Positions 51,040 to 62,286 of a stretch of 64,000 nt of DNA are shown here, in pieces. The notes below the pieces were generated by a model that saw nothing but the letters and a program-made list of their open reading frames with translations, was not told the origin of the DNA and ran no database searches. The DNA lies in assembly GCA_014905635.1 (NCBI GenBank), contig JABVCE010000003.1, positions 992,001-1,056,000 on the forward strand. Reading direction: 5' to 3'. The position numbers and the translations under genes were made by a program. How positions within the stretch are numbered: position 1 is the first letter of the stretch; each line of letters begins with the position of its first letter. This DNA comes from Scenedesmus sp. PABB004. Taxonomy: Eukaryota.

Positions 51040-51371
51040 GCCCGCGCGGCGTCCCTCGCTGCGCCCGTCGCTAGCCGGCGCCCCGCGCCCGCTGCTGCGC
51101 CCCCGGCATCGGCACCGCCTGCTGCGTCGGCCCTCCGCGAAGCGTGTGAAGTCACGATCCCGTGTCCGGAAGGGCAATGGCGCCGCTGTCGGCGCGGCGG
51201 CGGCAAGGCGGCGCGGGCCTCGAGGTCTCAAGCAGCGCGCGCGCCGCCGTGCGGTCCCTCTCCCCGCGCAGGCGTCACGCCGCCGCCGAGGCGCCTCCCA
51301 CACCACCGGCAGCACGGGAGGACGCCACCCAGGCAGCGCCGCCCCCGCCGCGCGCCGCCGCCGCCGCAGCG

Positions 51372-54300
51372 ATGGAGCTGCGCGACCTTGCCCGCGCCGC
51401 CTTTGCGGCGGGGCGCTTCGAAGGTACCTCCGGTCACTCGCGCTTGCTGTCGAGGCGGCAACCGGCTCGCGGGGCCGCGAGAGGCAGCTTTTCAGCTGTC
51501 GGCAGCGCGCGCGCGCGCGAGCGGCTCTGCGCCTCCGCGGCTCCAGCCCGCGCCCGCGCCCCGCAGACGCGCTGGCGCTCTACCTGCAGGCCCTGGCGCT
51601 CGTGCCCGCCGACGCCCCGCCCGCCCCCGGCGGCCAGCCAGCCGAGCGGGCGGCGCTCGCCGCCAACGCGTCCGCAGCGCTCCTCCGCCTGAACCGGGCG
51701 GACGAGGCGCTCGCGTTCGCTGACGCGGCTGCCGAAGCTTCGCCGGGGTGGCCCAAGGCACAGTATCGCCGCGCCGCCGCGCTGGCGGAGCTCGACCGCC
51801 ACGGCGAGGCCGCGGCGGCGCTGGCGCGCGTGGCGGCGGGCCTCGAGGCGGCGGGCGAGGCGGGCGAGGCCGCCGCCGTGCGCCGCAAGCTGTGCGCGGC
51901 CACCGCGGCGGCGGCTGCGGCGGAGCAGCACCTGCAGGTGCAGTCGGAACTGGCGGCCGCGCACGCGGGCTGGGCGGCGGCACACGCGCGCGAGGTGCGG
52001 CCTGCTGCGAGCGGCGAGCGCCGCACGGGGCAGCTGCTCCGCCGCGCTGGCCAGCGCAAGGTGCAGGCTCGACGCACACTCACCCCTCCCGCCGCCCCTT
52101 GCCAGGCCGCCGGGCGGCAGGCGCTGCTGGGCCAGCTGCGCCAGGGCATGGCGGGGCACGCGTGGGAGCCGGCCGACTGGGAGTGGCGGCCGACGTGGGC
52201 GCCGAGCATGCGCGACGACGCCGACGACGACGGCGACCGCGGCGGCACCGCCCCGGCCGGCCTGCTCGGCGGCCTCGCCGGCGCGTTTGACGGGTCGGAG
52301 CAGCGCGCGCAGACGCTGGGCCTGGTCGCCGGCCTGTCCACGCAGCTCGCGGAGCTCGACGCGCCGCGCCGCGGGCTCGCGCTGCTGCGCGACGCGCCGC
52401 TCCTGTCCTGGTACGCTCGCGGCCTCGCGGCGGCACTGCAGGGCGCCGGCCCCGGCGCGCACGTCCTGGTCCTCGGCAACGGCGGCGGCGCGGTTCTGGG
52501 CCTGCTCGCGGCCGCGGCGGGCGCGGCGCGCGTGACCGTGGTCGAGCGCGCGCGCTGGGGCTTCCGCGCCGCGCAGCAGCTGCTGGCGGCCAACGCCGGC
52601 CTCGCGGCGGGCCGCGTGGAGGCGGCGCCGGTGCCGCTCGCGTGCGTCCGCGTCGCCGCGCGGCGGCCCGAGGGCGCGGCGGGTCCTCCTCCGGAGCAAG
52701 GGGAGCTGGACCACGTGATCCCCCAGGCGGCGGACGTGGTCGTGACTGACCTGATTGACTACAGGTGCGGCGCCTGCAGGCAGCTGCCGCGCGGCCGGCG
52801 GCGGTGGCAGTGCGCGGGCGCTCGCAGCAGCTGGGACCGCCCCGGCGCGCGCGCCTGCCCCGACGCGGCGGCACGCCCCGCGCCCGCGCCGCGCCGCCGC
52901 GCAGCGTGGTCGGACAGGGCCTCCTGCCGAGCCTGGCGACAGCGCGCGCGTCCGGGCTGCTCGCGCCGGGCGCGGTGGCGCTGCCTGCGCGCGTGGCCGT
53001 GCGGGGGATGCTGGTGGACACGGCGGCACCGCCGCGCGCTGCTGGCTTTGACCTGTCCGCAATGGCTCGCTACCACTGGCACCCCACCCTGGAGCGCGTC
53101 GACGCCGCCAGGCGCGCGCGGTGCCGGCGGGCTGCACCTGCCGCCTGAGAACGGGACCACGGCGGCCGCCGCTGGCGCGCGCGGCGAGGGCCACGCCGAC
53201 GCCGCCGCCACGCTGCCGCCGCCGCCGCAGGCTGCGCCAGTTTGGGCGCGCCTCGCCGGCCGCGGAGCTCCTGGCCCTGGACCTGCAGGCGCCCGGCGGC
53301 GCGGGCGAGGCGCGCGGCACTGTGACCTTGCCGCTGGCGGGGCCGTGCAATGCGCTCGCGCTCTGGTGCGAGCTGGCTGCGCCCGGCGGCGAGCGCGTCT
53401 CGGGCGGCCCCGCCGACGACGCCGACGCGCGCGACTGCTGCGGCGTCGCGCACAGCCTGGGTCAGGCCCTCCGCTACCTGGACACGCCGCTGCTGCCCCA
53501 GGGGGCGGCGGCCGCCGCCGCCGCCACGGCCGGCGACGCCGCCGCGGCCGAGCCGCAGACCGCGGCCGTCGCGGCGCGCGTGCAGCGCGGCCTGCGGCTG
53601 TCGCTGCGCGTTGAGGCGGGCCCCGGGCCGCTCGCGCCCGCGGCGACATGGGCGCCGCACGGCGCGCCGCGCCAGGCGATGCTGCCGCGCTGGCACTTTG
53701 ACATGATCGCCGACGACGCGCGCAACGCCGCGTACGACGGAGCGATCAGGTGCGTGACTGCGCGTGTGTGCAGCGCGCGCCGCGCGGCCTGCCGCCGAGC
53801 GGGTGGCGGCTCGAGGTCAGGCCCGGCGCGCGCCGCGACCCCGCGCCGCGCCCTGCCCCTGCCCCGCGCGGCGGCGCAGGCGCGAGGTCGCGCGCCTCAC
53901 GGCGGCGCGCGGCGGCGGCGGCGGCGGCGTGCACGTGCTGGACGTCGGCACCGGCTCGGGGCTGCTCGCGCTGATGGCGGTCAGGTGCGGCCCGCTGGCG
54001 CGCTCGGCGGCGGGGGGCGGGCGGACCCCGGCCTCGCGCACGTGCACGGCGGGGGAGCCTCGCTGTTGCACACCCGCGCGCCGCGCCGGCCAGTCCCTCT
54101 GCGCGGCCGCCGCCGCCGCCTCGGCCGCGGGGAGGCACCGCGCGCGCGCCCCGCCGCGCGCCCGCGCTCGCGCTGCGGTCGTGCGCTGCCCCCTCCGCCT
54201 CGGCCCGGCCCGGCTCGGCTCGGCGTCACGTCTGACTCCTGTCTGCGGGCGCCGGCTCGGGGGCTCAGCTGCTGGTGAAGAGCGCGTCCCAGCCGAGCAG

Positions 54301-57183
54301 GTACATGAAGCTCGAGTCGAGCAGCTGGCGCAGCAGGTAGAACTCGCCCGGCGTGAGGCTGACCGCGGCGGACGCGTTGGTCCCCGCGCCCTTGTCCGCC
54401 ACGCTCGCGTTGATGAAGTAGGCCTTGCCGTCAGGCGCGCGGCTCCACTTGAGCGTCTTGACCAGCTGCCCCTCGCGCCCGGGCTGGCCCTTGTCTGCGT
54501 GTGATTTGTGTGGGTGTCGGTGTGAGTGGGGGGGGGGCTGAGCGAGCGCGGCCGCGGCCGCGACCGCACGCACACACGCGCACACACGCCCACACCATCC
54601 ACCCCGCCCACACCCACCCACCACCCGCACACACCCACACCCACCCACCCACCCACCCACACCCACGCACACCCACACCCACACACATCAACACACGCAC
54701 GCACACAACACCCACATGTGTCGTGGTAGAACGTGTGGTCGGCCTCCGGCGCGGACAGCAGGTCGGCGACCTCCTGCGCGCGCAGCGCGATCGACACCTT
54801 GGCCTCCCAGTTGTACCGCCGCTCGCCCGCGGCGGACGCGATTTCAAACATCACAGTGCCCTCGCTGAGCGCGCGCGGGGCAGGGGTGGGCGGGCGGGGC
54901 AGGGGCGGGCGGGGCGCGGTCGCACGCGGGCGCAGACGCGCGGCGCGGGGCGCGCCGCGGGGCGCCCCGCCCGCCCGCCTGCCCCGCCGCGCCGCACCGC
55001 TCGATTTTGAACGCGCCGCCGGAGGTGTTGCCCCAGGTCGGCTTGATGGGGCGCACGTTGAGCGCGCCCTTGGTCTTGTAGACCGAGAACGCGGTGAACA
55101 CCGGCGGCGGGCCCGCCTGCGCGGCGCCGTCGCCTGCGGCGGCAGCGGCAGCGGTGCGGGCGGCGGGCGGTCGGGGCAGGGGCCGCTCACGCAGCGGCGG
55201 CGGCGGCGGCGGCAGGGGTCCCAAGCGGCGGCGGAGGGCGCCGCGCGCGGCCGCGCACCCGCGAAGCCCTCTGTGGTCTGCTCCATCACGCGGGGGGTCG
55301 TCGTGAAGCCGCGCCCGCCGCCGCGCGACGCCAGGGGCGCCCGCAGCGCGCCGGCCGCCGCCTGGCCGGCCGGCAGGCGCGCCAGCGACTGCAGCGCCCG
55401 GCTGCGGAGGAGCAGGGCGGCCATGGTGCCCCGCACGTGTGCACGCAGCGCCCGGCTGGCCAGCCACGGTCGGGCGGCGCCTCCCCCTTTCACGCGGGCC
55501 GGCCTGCGCGGCGGAGGCGGCGTCAGGCGCCTGAATGTGCCCCGACGCCCTGCCGCCGCCGCCGCCGCCGCCGCCGCCTGCCCGCCGGCGCCGCCGCGCA
55601 GGGCGGGCGCGGCGCGCACGACGGCGGTCGAGCAGGTGCGGCACCTCGCGGCGACCGCCGGCGCGGTGCTGGCGGCCAACGGCGCGGCCAGCGCGGTGCG
55701 CCTGGTGCACAAGGACGCCCGGCAGCTGACCGTGGGCCCGGACGGCGAGCTGGAGCGGCCCGCAGATGTGCTGGTCTTCGAGGTGCGCCCGGGGCGCGGG
55801 GATCGCGCTGTGCGCCGCGCCGCTGCGGCCGTGCTGCCGCTGCGCCACGATCTGCCGCTGGCACGCGCGTCCGCGGTCGCTGCACGCCCCAGCGACGGTG
55901 GCGGGTGCGGCTCGCTCGAACGCGCTCGCGAGCGCGCAGCCGCCCACCTGCGCGTCGCGCGGTCCACGCTCCGAGCGAGGCTGAGCGCACGCGGTCCCGG
56001 CAGCTGTCGGCAGCAGCTGGCGACAGCGGCGGCAGCAGCGAGACAGCGGCGGCGCTCGTGCGCTTGCGGCGGGCGGCGGGCGGCGGCGGGCGGTGCACTG
56101 GGCAAGACTGGGCAGAGCCTGCACCTGGCAGCGAGCCTGAGCGTCGGCCGCCACCGCTGACGGCGGTTCAGAAAATCCCCGTCGCACGCCCGCGCCCCGA
56201 CGCCCGCGCCCCGACGCCCGCGCCCCGACGCCCCCCACCCTGACGCCGCCGCCCTCCGCCACGCACGCCGCCGCGGGGCAGGTCTTCGACTGCGGCCTCA
56301 TCGGCGAGGGCGCGCTGCACCTCGTCGCCGCCGCGCGCGGCGCGGGGCTGCTCGCGCCCGGGGCGCGCGTGCTGCCGGCCGGCGCGCGCGTGCTCTGCCA
56401 GCCCATCCAGCTGCTCGCCGGGTGTGCGGGCAGCGCCTGCGGCATCGACGGCGCGCCGCTCGCGCCGTACGCGTGGGCGGGGCCGGACTACGTCGAGCTG
56501 GACCTGCGCCCCGGCGCGGCCGCGGCGTCGGCCGACGCCGGCGAGGGCGCGCCCGCGGGGGCTCGCCTGAGCTCGGCGGCGCGCCCGCGTGGCGCGCGCT
56601 CGCGCCGCCCGCGCTGGCGGCGGCGTTTGACTTCAACGCGCCCGACCCGGGCGCCACGTACGCGCCCGCCGTGCGGCGCGTCGAGTTTGCGGTCGCCCGC
56701 CGCGGCGTGGCCAACGCCGTCGCGTTCTGGTTTGATCTTACGCTGGATGAGCACGCGAGCCTGACCAGCAGCCCCTACGCCGCGCCCGGCGCGGCGCGTG
56801 CGACCTGGCAGCAGGCGGTGCAGCTGGTGCCGGAGGTCGCGGTGTTGCCGGGGCAGGTGCTGCGCCTCGACGCGTCCCACGACAGCTACGCGCTCGCCTT
56901 TGCCCTCGCTCCCGCCGACGCCGACGGCGCGTGCGCGCCCGCCGACGCCGACGCCGACGGCGCGCCGCGCCCGACCGGGGCGCCGCTCTTCGACCCGGCG
57001 TGGCGCGCCGCGTTTGAGCGCCTGGGCGAGGCGCGCGGCGCGCTGGCGAGGGCGGTCACGCAGGACCCGACCGAGTACCGGCGCGTCGCGGCGGCCGCGG
57101 CGGAGCTCGCGATGCGCCCCTGGGGCGCGCCGGCGGCGGACCCGCACTTTGCGTCGGCGCTGCTGGTGCAGCTCATGTCGTGA
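51372..57183 (+). CDS. TPR-containing protein arginine methyltransferase with two PRMT domains (PRMT7/PRMT9-like)
   Basis: TPR: MELRDLARAAFAAGRFE|DALALYLQAL..ANASAALLRL..PGWPKAQYRRAAAL. Domain 1 degenerate (VLVLGNGGG, TDLIDYSVVGQG). Domain 2: WHFDMIADDARNAAYDGAIR, VLDVGTGSGLLALMAVR|AGA..AVE, DVLVFE|VFDCGLIGEG, NAVAFWFDL, TWQQA. Alternative in-frame ATG at 51177. Frame break at the G run ~56557-56561. Confidence 0.85.
54265..55424 (-). CDS. WHY: Whirly ssDNA-binding protein, probably mitochondrial (WHY2-like), nested antisense in a PRMT intron; coding exons 55424-55259, 55133-54998, 54864-54716, 54494-54265
   Basis: Presequence-like MAALLLRSRALQSLARL..RGFTT; FSVYKTKGALNVRP (KGKAAL-like motif); EGTVMFEIA..RRYNWEAKVSIAL; FYHDTYKGQPGREGQLVKTLKW; VSLTPGEF..FMYLLGWD; all three introns GT-AG with the frame preserved. 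Confidence 0.9.
54566..54715. repeat. Degenerate CA/CCCA microsatellite in Whirly intron 3
   Basis: cacacccacac-type low-complexity tract. Confidence 0.8.
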
Positions 57184-57419
57184 GCGCGCACGCATGCGTG
57201 GCGCGCGAGGTTACCGCGGCCAGGGGGGCAATGCGCCCCGCCGCCGACGCCCGCGATCGACGGCGCGCTCGGCGCAGCTGCAACTGCAAAAACGGGCAAC
57301 CGCAAGAAGCGATCACTGCTGGTGTACACACGCGACGCGGCCGCACAGGGCGGCCTCCCCCAAACAGACTGCTGCTGTACAGGGCGCAGGCGCCGCCCGC
57401 CGCCCGCGCCGCCGGGCGG

Positions 57420-58271
57420 TCAGCCCTCGAGCGCTTCCAGCTGCCGCCGCTGCGCCTGCAGCCGCGCCGCGCGCGCGCGCACGCCCGCCTGCAGCGTCCG
57501 CGCCTCGAGCTGCGACACGCGCAGCTGCTGCTGCACTGCCTCCAGCTCCGCCTCGACCTGCGGCGCGGGCGGCGGCGAGTCAGCGCGTCGCCGCGCGCGC
57601 CCGGGCGCCGCCCCGCCGCCGCGCGCCGCGGCGGCGGCCGCCCCGCCCCCGCGACTCACCGCGATCGGCGCCGCCTGGACGACCTGGTTGTGGTAGAGGC
57701 GCAACGCGCTCAGCTGCCAGGTCGTGGCCGACGCGGCGCGCGCCGACGCCGCGCGCTGGAGCTGGCCCAGGCGCCGCTGCAGGCGCTGCTCCGTCGCCTG
57801 CTCCGCCGCGAGCCGGCTGCGCAGCGCCCGCAGCTGCCTGTCCAGGTGCGCGGCGTCGCTCTGCAGGCGGTAGCGCGCGAGCCGCCGCTGCAGGCGGCGC
57901 TCCTTGAGCTCCGCCTCGCACCTGCGCCATCGCGCCGTCGCGCCAGGCGTCGGCGTCTGGGGGTGGCGGCCCCGGGCGGCCCCCACAGCCACTGCAGCCT
58001 GCCGCGCGCGGGCGGCGCACCTGGCCCGGTACAGGGACCGCCAGTCCGGCGGCGGCGCCTGCTCGTGCTGCTGCTGCCGCTGCTGCTGCTGCTGCGCCGC
58101 TGCGCCCCAGGCCTGCTCGTAGAGCCTCCGCCACGCGCTGCCTGCGTTGACCACGACGCGGTGAAGGCGCCTGCAGCTTCTTGAGAGGCGCAGCATGTCC
58201 GGGGCGTCCAGGCAGCGGCAAATCGCCTCGAAGCACGCCCCGTCCAGGGCGAGGAGGCCGGCCTGGGCCAT
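57420..58271 (-). CDS. F-box protein with coiled-coil C-terminus, SKIP24-like, 3 exons
   Basis: LLALDGACFEAICRCLDAPDMLRLSRSCRRL..WRRLY (F-box); DWRSLY; RAASATTWQ..HNQVVQAAPIA|VEAELEAVQQQL resembles the plant SKIP24 C-terminus. Confidence 0.75.
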   Translation of the reverse strand: MAQAGLLALDGACFEAICRCLDAPDMLRLSRSCRRLHRVVVNAGSAWRRLYEQAWGAAAQQQQQRQQQHEQAPPPDWRSLYRARCAARARQAAVAVGAARGRHPQTPTPGATARWRRCEAELKERRLQRRLARYRLQSDAAHLDRQLRALRSRLAAEQATEQRLQRRLGQLQRAASARAASATTWQLSALRLYHNQVVQAAPIAVSRGGGAAAAAARGGGAAPGRARRRADSPPPAPQVEAELEAVQQQLRVSQLEARTLQAGVRARAARLQAQRRQLEALEG

Positions 58272-58628
58272 GGCGTGCCGCGCTCGAGGGCCGGAACGCG
58301 TGTGCCAGCCAGCCAGCGTGAGTGCGGTCCGAACGCGCGCAGCCGCAAAAAACACGCAAACCGGCAGCCACCCCGACTCCCGAATTCGAACCCGCGCCCC
58401 TGCCGCCCGCCCCCGGCCGCGCCTGGCTGTTCTGAGTCGGTTGTGAGCGACCGCAGGCCAGCGGGGTGCCGGTCAACGCGGTCGGTTGCTCGGGTTGTTA
58501 GCCTCTCTTCGCAGGCACCGCCTCCCCGCCGGGAGTCCCCGAGCCGTGCTCCCGGCGTCAATAGGTCGCCAGCAGTCGGCCGCAGTCGCGCGACCGAGCG
58601 GCAGCGCGGTTGCCATCGCGCGGCGGCG

Positions 58629-61600
58629 ATGGCAACAACAACAGCAGCAGCCCCGGCGGGTGGCCTCCGGCCGCGCCTAGGCGCGCCGGCGCGGGGCGCC
58701 CGCCTGGCCGGGCGACGCACCGTGAGCGCGCGCACCCGGGGGCCCGCGTCGGGGGGCTGCGGCGCGCCGCCGGGGCGGCGCCGCCCCGGGGCGCGCGCCG
58801 GCCGTGTCCGCGCTGCCCCGCCGCCCACCCCGGCGCCGCTCGCGCCCCGCAGGCGGTGCGCCTCTGCGCCCACTTCCCGCACCACCGCGTGCACCTGACC
58901 CCGGGCGGCGCGCCCATCCCGGCGCCGCGGGCGGGCGGCGGCGCGCCGCTCGCGCGCCTCGCGCCGCCGCCGAGCGCGGGCTGCGCGCCCGAGCAGCTGG
59001 TGGCGCTGCTGGACGCCTCCCGCTGGAGCGCGGCCCACGCCGGCTTCCTGGAGGCGCTGCTCGCGGCGGCGCGGCGCGCGGCGGCGGGGCTCGACGCCGC
59101 GGCGGCGCGCGCGGCCGCGCTGTGGGCGCACTGCGTCGCGTGCTGGCCCGCGTGGGCCGCGTCGCTGGCCGAGGACGGCGAGTACGTCCTGGAGTACGCG
59201 CTGGGCGTGCTGCCGGCGGCGGCGCTCGCGGCGCACGCTGCGCTCGCGCGCGCGGTCGCGGCGCTCGTCGCCTCGCCGCCGGCGCAGCGCGCGGCGGCGC
59301 GCGCGGCCGCGGCGGGCCGCGCCCTGGACGCCGGCACGCGCCGCCTGTGCGCGGCGGCGGGGCGCGCCACCGACGCGGCGCTGTGCGGGTGCGGGCGCGC
59401 GGCCGGGCCGGGCGCGGCGCGGCCGGGGCGCTTGGGCGGGCGGGCGGCCTGCCGCGCCGCCGCCGCCGACCCCCGCCCGCCCGCCCGCCCCGTGCGCGCG
59501 CAGCCTCGCGGAGCTGCCGCCGCTGCAGCAGCTGGCGCGCCTGGCGAGCGCCGCGGTGGGCCGCGAGAGCGCGGGCGGCGTCGCGCGGGGGCTGAGCCAC
59601 AGCGTGGCGGCGCTCGCGGTGGTGCAGCTCGCGGCGCCGGCCGCGGCGGCCGCGGCCGCGGCGCCGCGGTCGCGGCGCGCCCGGCAGGCGGCGGCGGCGG
59701 CGACCGTGCAGCAGCAGCAGAGCCTGAACGAGCTCGCCACGGTCGCCGCCGGGCGCAGCTGGGCGCAGCGGCTGCACATCGCCGGCCTCACCGGCTGGGC
59801 CCGGCGCGGCAGGCGCGCCGCGGCGCCGGCGAAGCGCCAGGCGGCGGCCGTCGAGCAGCAGCCGGCGCGCGGCGCGGGTGGCGTGACCGTGCACCGCCTG
59901 GTCGTGCAGCCGCTGCAGCAGGCGGGCTTCGTCGCGGTGAGCGAGCGGGCACGAACGGGGGAGAGACTGCCGGCGCGCTGCCCGCCGCCTCGCTCCGGCG
60001 GCCGCCGACGTGCCAGCTGCCCTGTGCGCGCCGCGCCGCGCGCAGGTCAACGGACGCGGCCCGACGCTGGCGGGCGTGATCGCCGCCGCGTCGGTGCTGC
60101 TCGCGGGCTGCGTCTACCGCGGCCTGCGCGCCCAGGCGGAGGCGGCGGCGGAGCGCGCGACGGAGCAGGTGCAGCTGCAGCTCAAGGCCGAGTCGCTCGC
60201 GGCGCAGCGCGCGGTGAGCGCGCGGCCGCGCAGCGGGGCGGGCGGGGCACGGGGGCGGCGGCGCGCGGCAGGGCCGGCCCCGGCTCACACCCGCTGGCGC
60301 CGCCGCGCCGCAGAGGTTCCGCCGCGCGCTCAGCGACAGCCAGGCCGCCAGCGCCGCGCCGGGCGCGGCGGGCCCCGCCGTGGCCATCGGCGGCGGCCGC
60401 CGCCGGGGCGCGGCGTCGCCGGCCGGCGCGCCCGACACGGACGCGTGGGAGGACGCGCTGCCCGACGCCGCGGCGGCGCTGCTGCCGGCGGGCGCGGCGC
60501 CGCGGCCGGGCGGCCGCGGGGCGCTGCCCGCGCTCGACGCCGCGGCGGCGCGCGAGTATGCTCGCTTCATGGCTGGCGCGCGCGCGACCGACGTGCCGAT
60601 GTGGGACAGCCACATGGTGGACGACCTGCCCAAGGTCTCGTTGACGGAGATGAACCGCCAGACGCAGATGATCCGCGCCGCCGCGACCGACGAAGAGCGC
60701 GCGGCGGTGGAGGACACGGGTGCGCGCGCGCGGGCGCGTGGCGCTCGCGCCGGCGGGGCGGCCGCTGCCGCAAGCACGCGCGGCGACCAACGCTTGCGGC
60801 CGCTGCCGCATGCGCGCAGAGGCGCGGCGCGTGATGGTGGAGGCGCAGCTCAACAGCCAGCTGGCGCAGCTCAGCGGCGCGCCGCTCGGCCGCAGCGCGC
60901 GCGAGGCGTGGCGCCGGGAGCAGCAGGAGCAGCAGGAGCGCGCCGCGCAGGAGGCGGCGGCCGGCGGGGAGGAGCAGGAGGGCGGCGCGGCGCGGCGTGG
61001 CAGCCCTGCGGGCGGCGCGCGCGGCGACGCCAACCCGTTCGCCATCCCGCTGGACGCGCGGGCGCAGTGGGAGGCGGACGACCACCTTTACACTGACACC
61101 AAGCCCCGCAAGGCCGGCGGCTGGGGCTTCGGCGGCGGCGGCGAGCGCGCCAGCGCGCGGCGCGCGCCGGCAGGCCAGGCGGCCGAGCCGCAGCAGGCGC
61201 GGCGCCGGCGGTTCGCGGACGAGCACACCGAGGTCGCCGCGGCGGCGCCCAGCGGCCACGGCGCCGACGGCCAGGCGGCCGGCAGCAGCCCGGCCAAGCC
61301 GGCGGCGACGCGCAGCGTGTTTGGCAGCACGCTGCCGCCCAAGGCTGGCGCCCCCGCAGCTGCTGCGGCGGCGGCGCCGGCGCCGGCTGCGGCGCCGCCC
61401 GCACAGCCCAGCGTGCCGGCTGAGCCGGCGGCCGCGGCGGCCGCGGCGGTGGGCCCGCCTGAGGGCAGCCCCGCGTGGGAGGCCAACGTGCGGGCAGAGG
61501 TGCTGCGCAGCGGCGCGGCGCGGCGCGCGCGGCGGCAGCAGATGGCGGGCCAGCAGGCAGGCTCGCAGGGGCCGTCCCTGCCCGAGCGCCGCCCGCTGCC

Positions 61601-62018
61601 GGCCAAGGGCCTGCAGCGGCCCAAGTGGCCTGGCGCCGATGCGGCGGGCGCGGTGGCGGCGGCGGTGGCGGCGCTCTCCGCCGCGCCCGCGCCCGGCGGC
61701 AGCGAGGCGCCGCCGCCGGCCGGCGCGCCCAGCGGCGGCGGCCTCGCGGCGCAGGTTTCGGCCCGGGACGCGCAGGGTGTGACCGCCCCCGCGGCCGCGC
61801 CGCGGCTGGCCGACATGCAGCGCCTGTCGGAGGCGGCCGCCGCGAGCGCCGAGGCGGCCGCCGAGGCGCGCGCCGCCGCGGCGCCAGCCGGCGCGGCCGG
61901 CGAGGAGGAGGCCAACCCCTTTGCCGTTGACCGCGCGACGGCGGTCGACGACGAGGCGGCGTTTGCGCAGGGCAGGGCGGTCGACGAGGAGGCGAAGCGC
62001 ATCCGGCTGGAGTTTTAG
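58629..62018 (+). CDS. Hypothetical membrane protein with transit-peptide-like N-terminus, ~6 exons
   Basis: MATTTAAAPAGGLRPRLG..; hydrophobic segment LAGVIAAASVLLAGCVY; EYARFM..WDSHMVDDLPKVSL; ends RIRLEF* (TAG 62016-62018); TGTAA at 62187. Confidence 0.6.
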
Positions 62019-62186
62019 GTCGGCGGCCGCTGAGCGGGCGCCCCGCGTCCGGGGGACGGCGGGGCGCAACGTGTGCCGGCGATTGAGGCGAGCGGCTGGG
62101 GACGAGGCGGCAGCGGCACTGGGGGCTGAAAAAAGCGGCAAGCACTGTTACCGTGTGCCTCTGGCATGCCCTGAGTCACGGCAACC

Positions 62187-62191
62187 TGTAA
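62187..62191 (+). promoter_or_regulatory. Canonical chlorophyte poly(A) signal TGTAA
   Basis: TGTAA ~170 nt after the stop at 62018. Confidence 0.55.
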
Positions 62192-62286
62192 CAGCAGAGA
62201 CCTCTTGCTCGACGCTCGACGCCACCGGCTTGCTCGGGCAGCGGCGCCCTGCCAGCCGGCATGGGTTCACGGACCGCCGCCGCCGC

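Noticed and set aside
29586..53614. Many very long overlapping ORFs (>1000 aa) on both strands
   Set aside because: Stop codons are rare at this GC content. The translations are Arg/Ala/Pro-rich shadows of BIG with no domain motifs.
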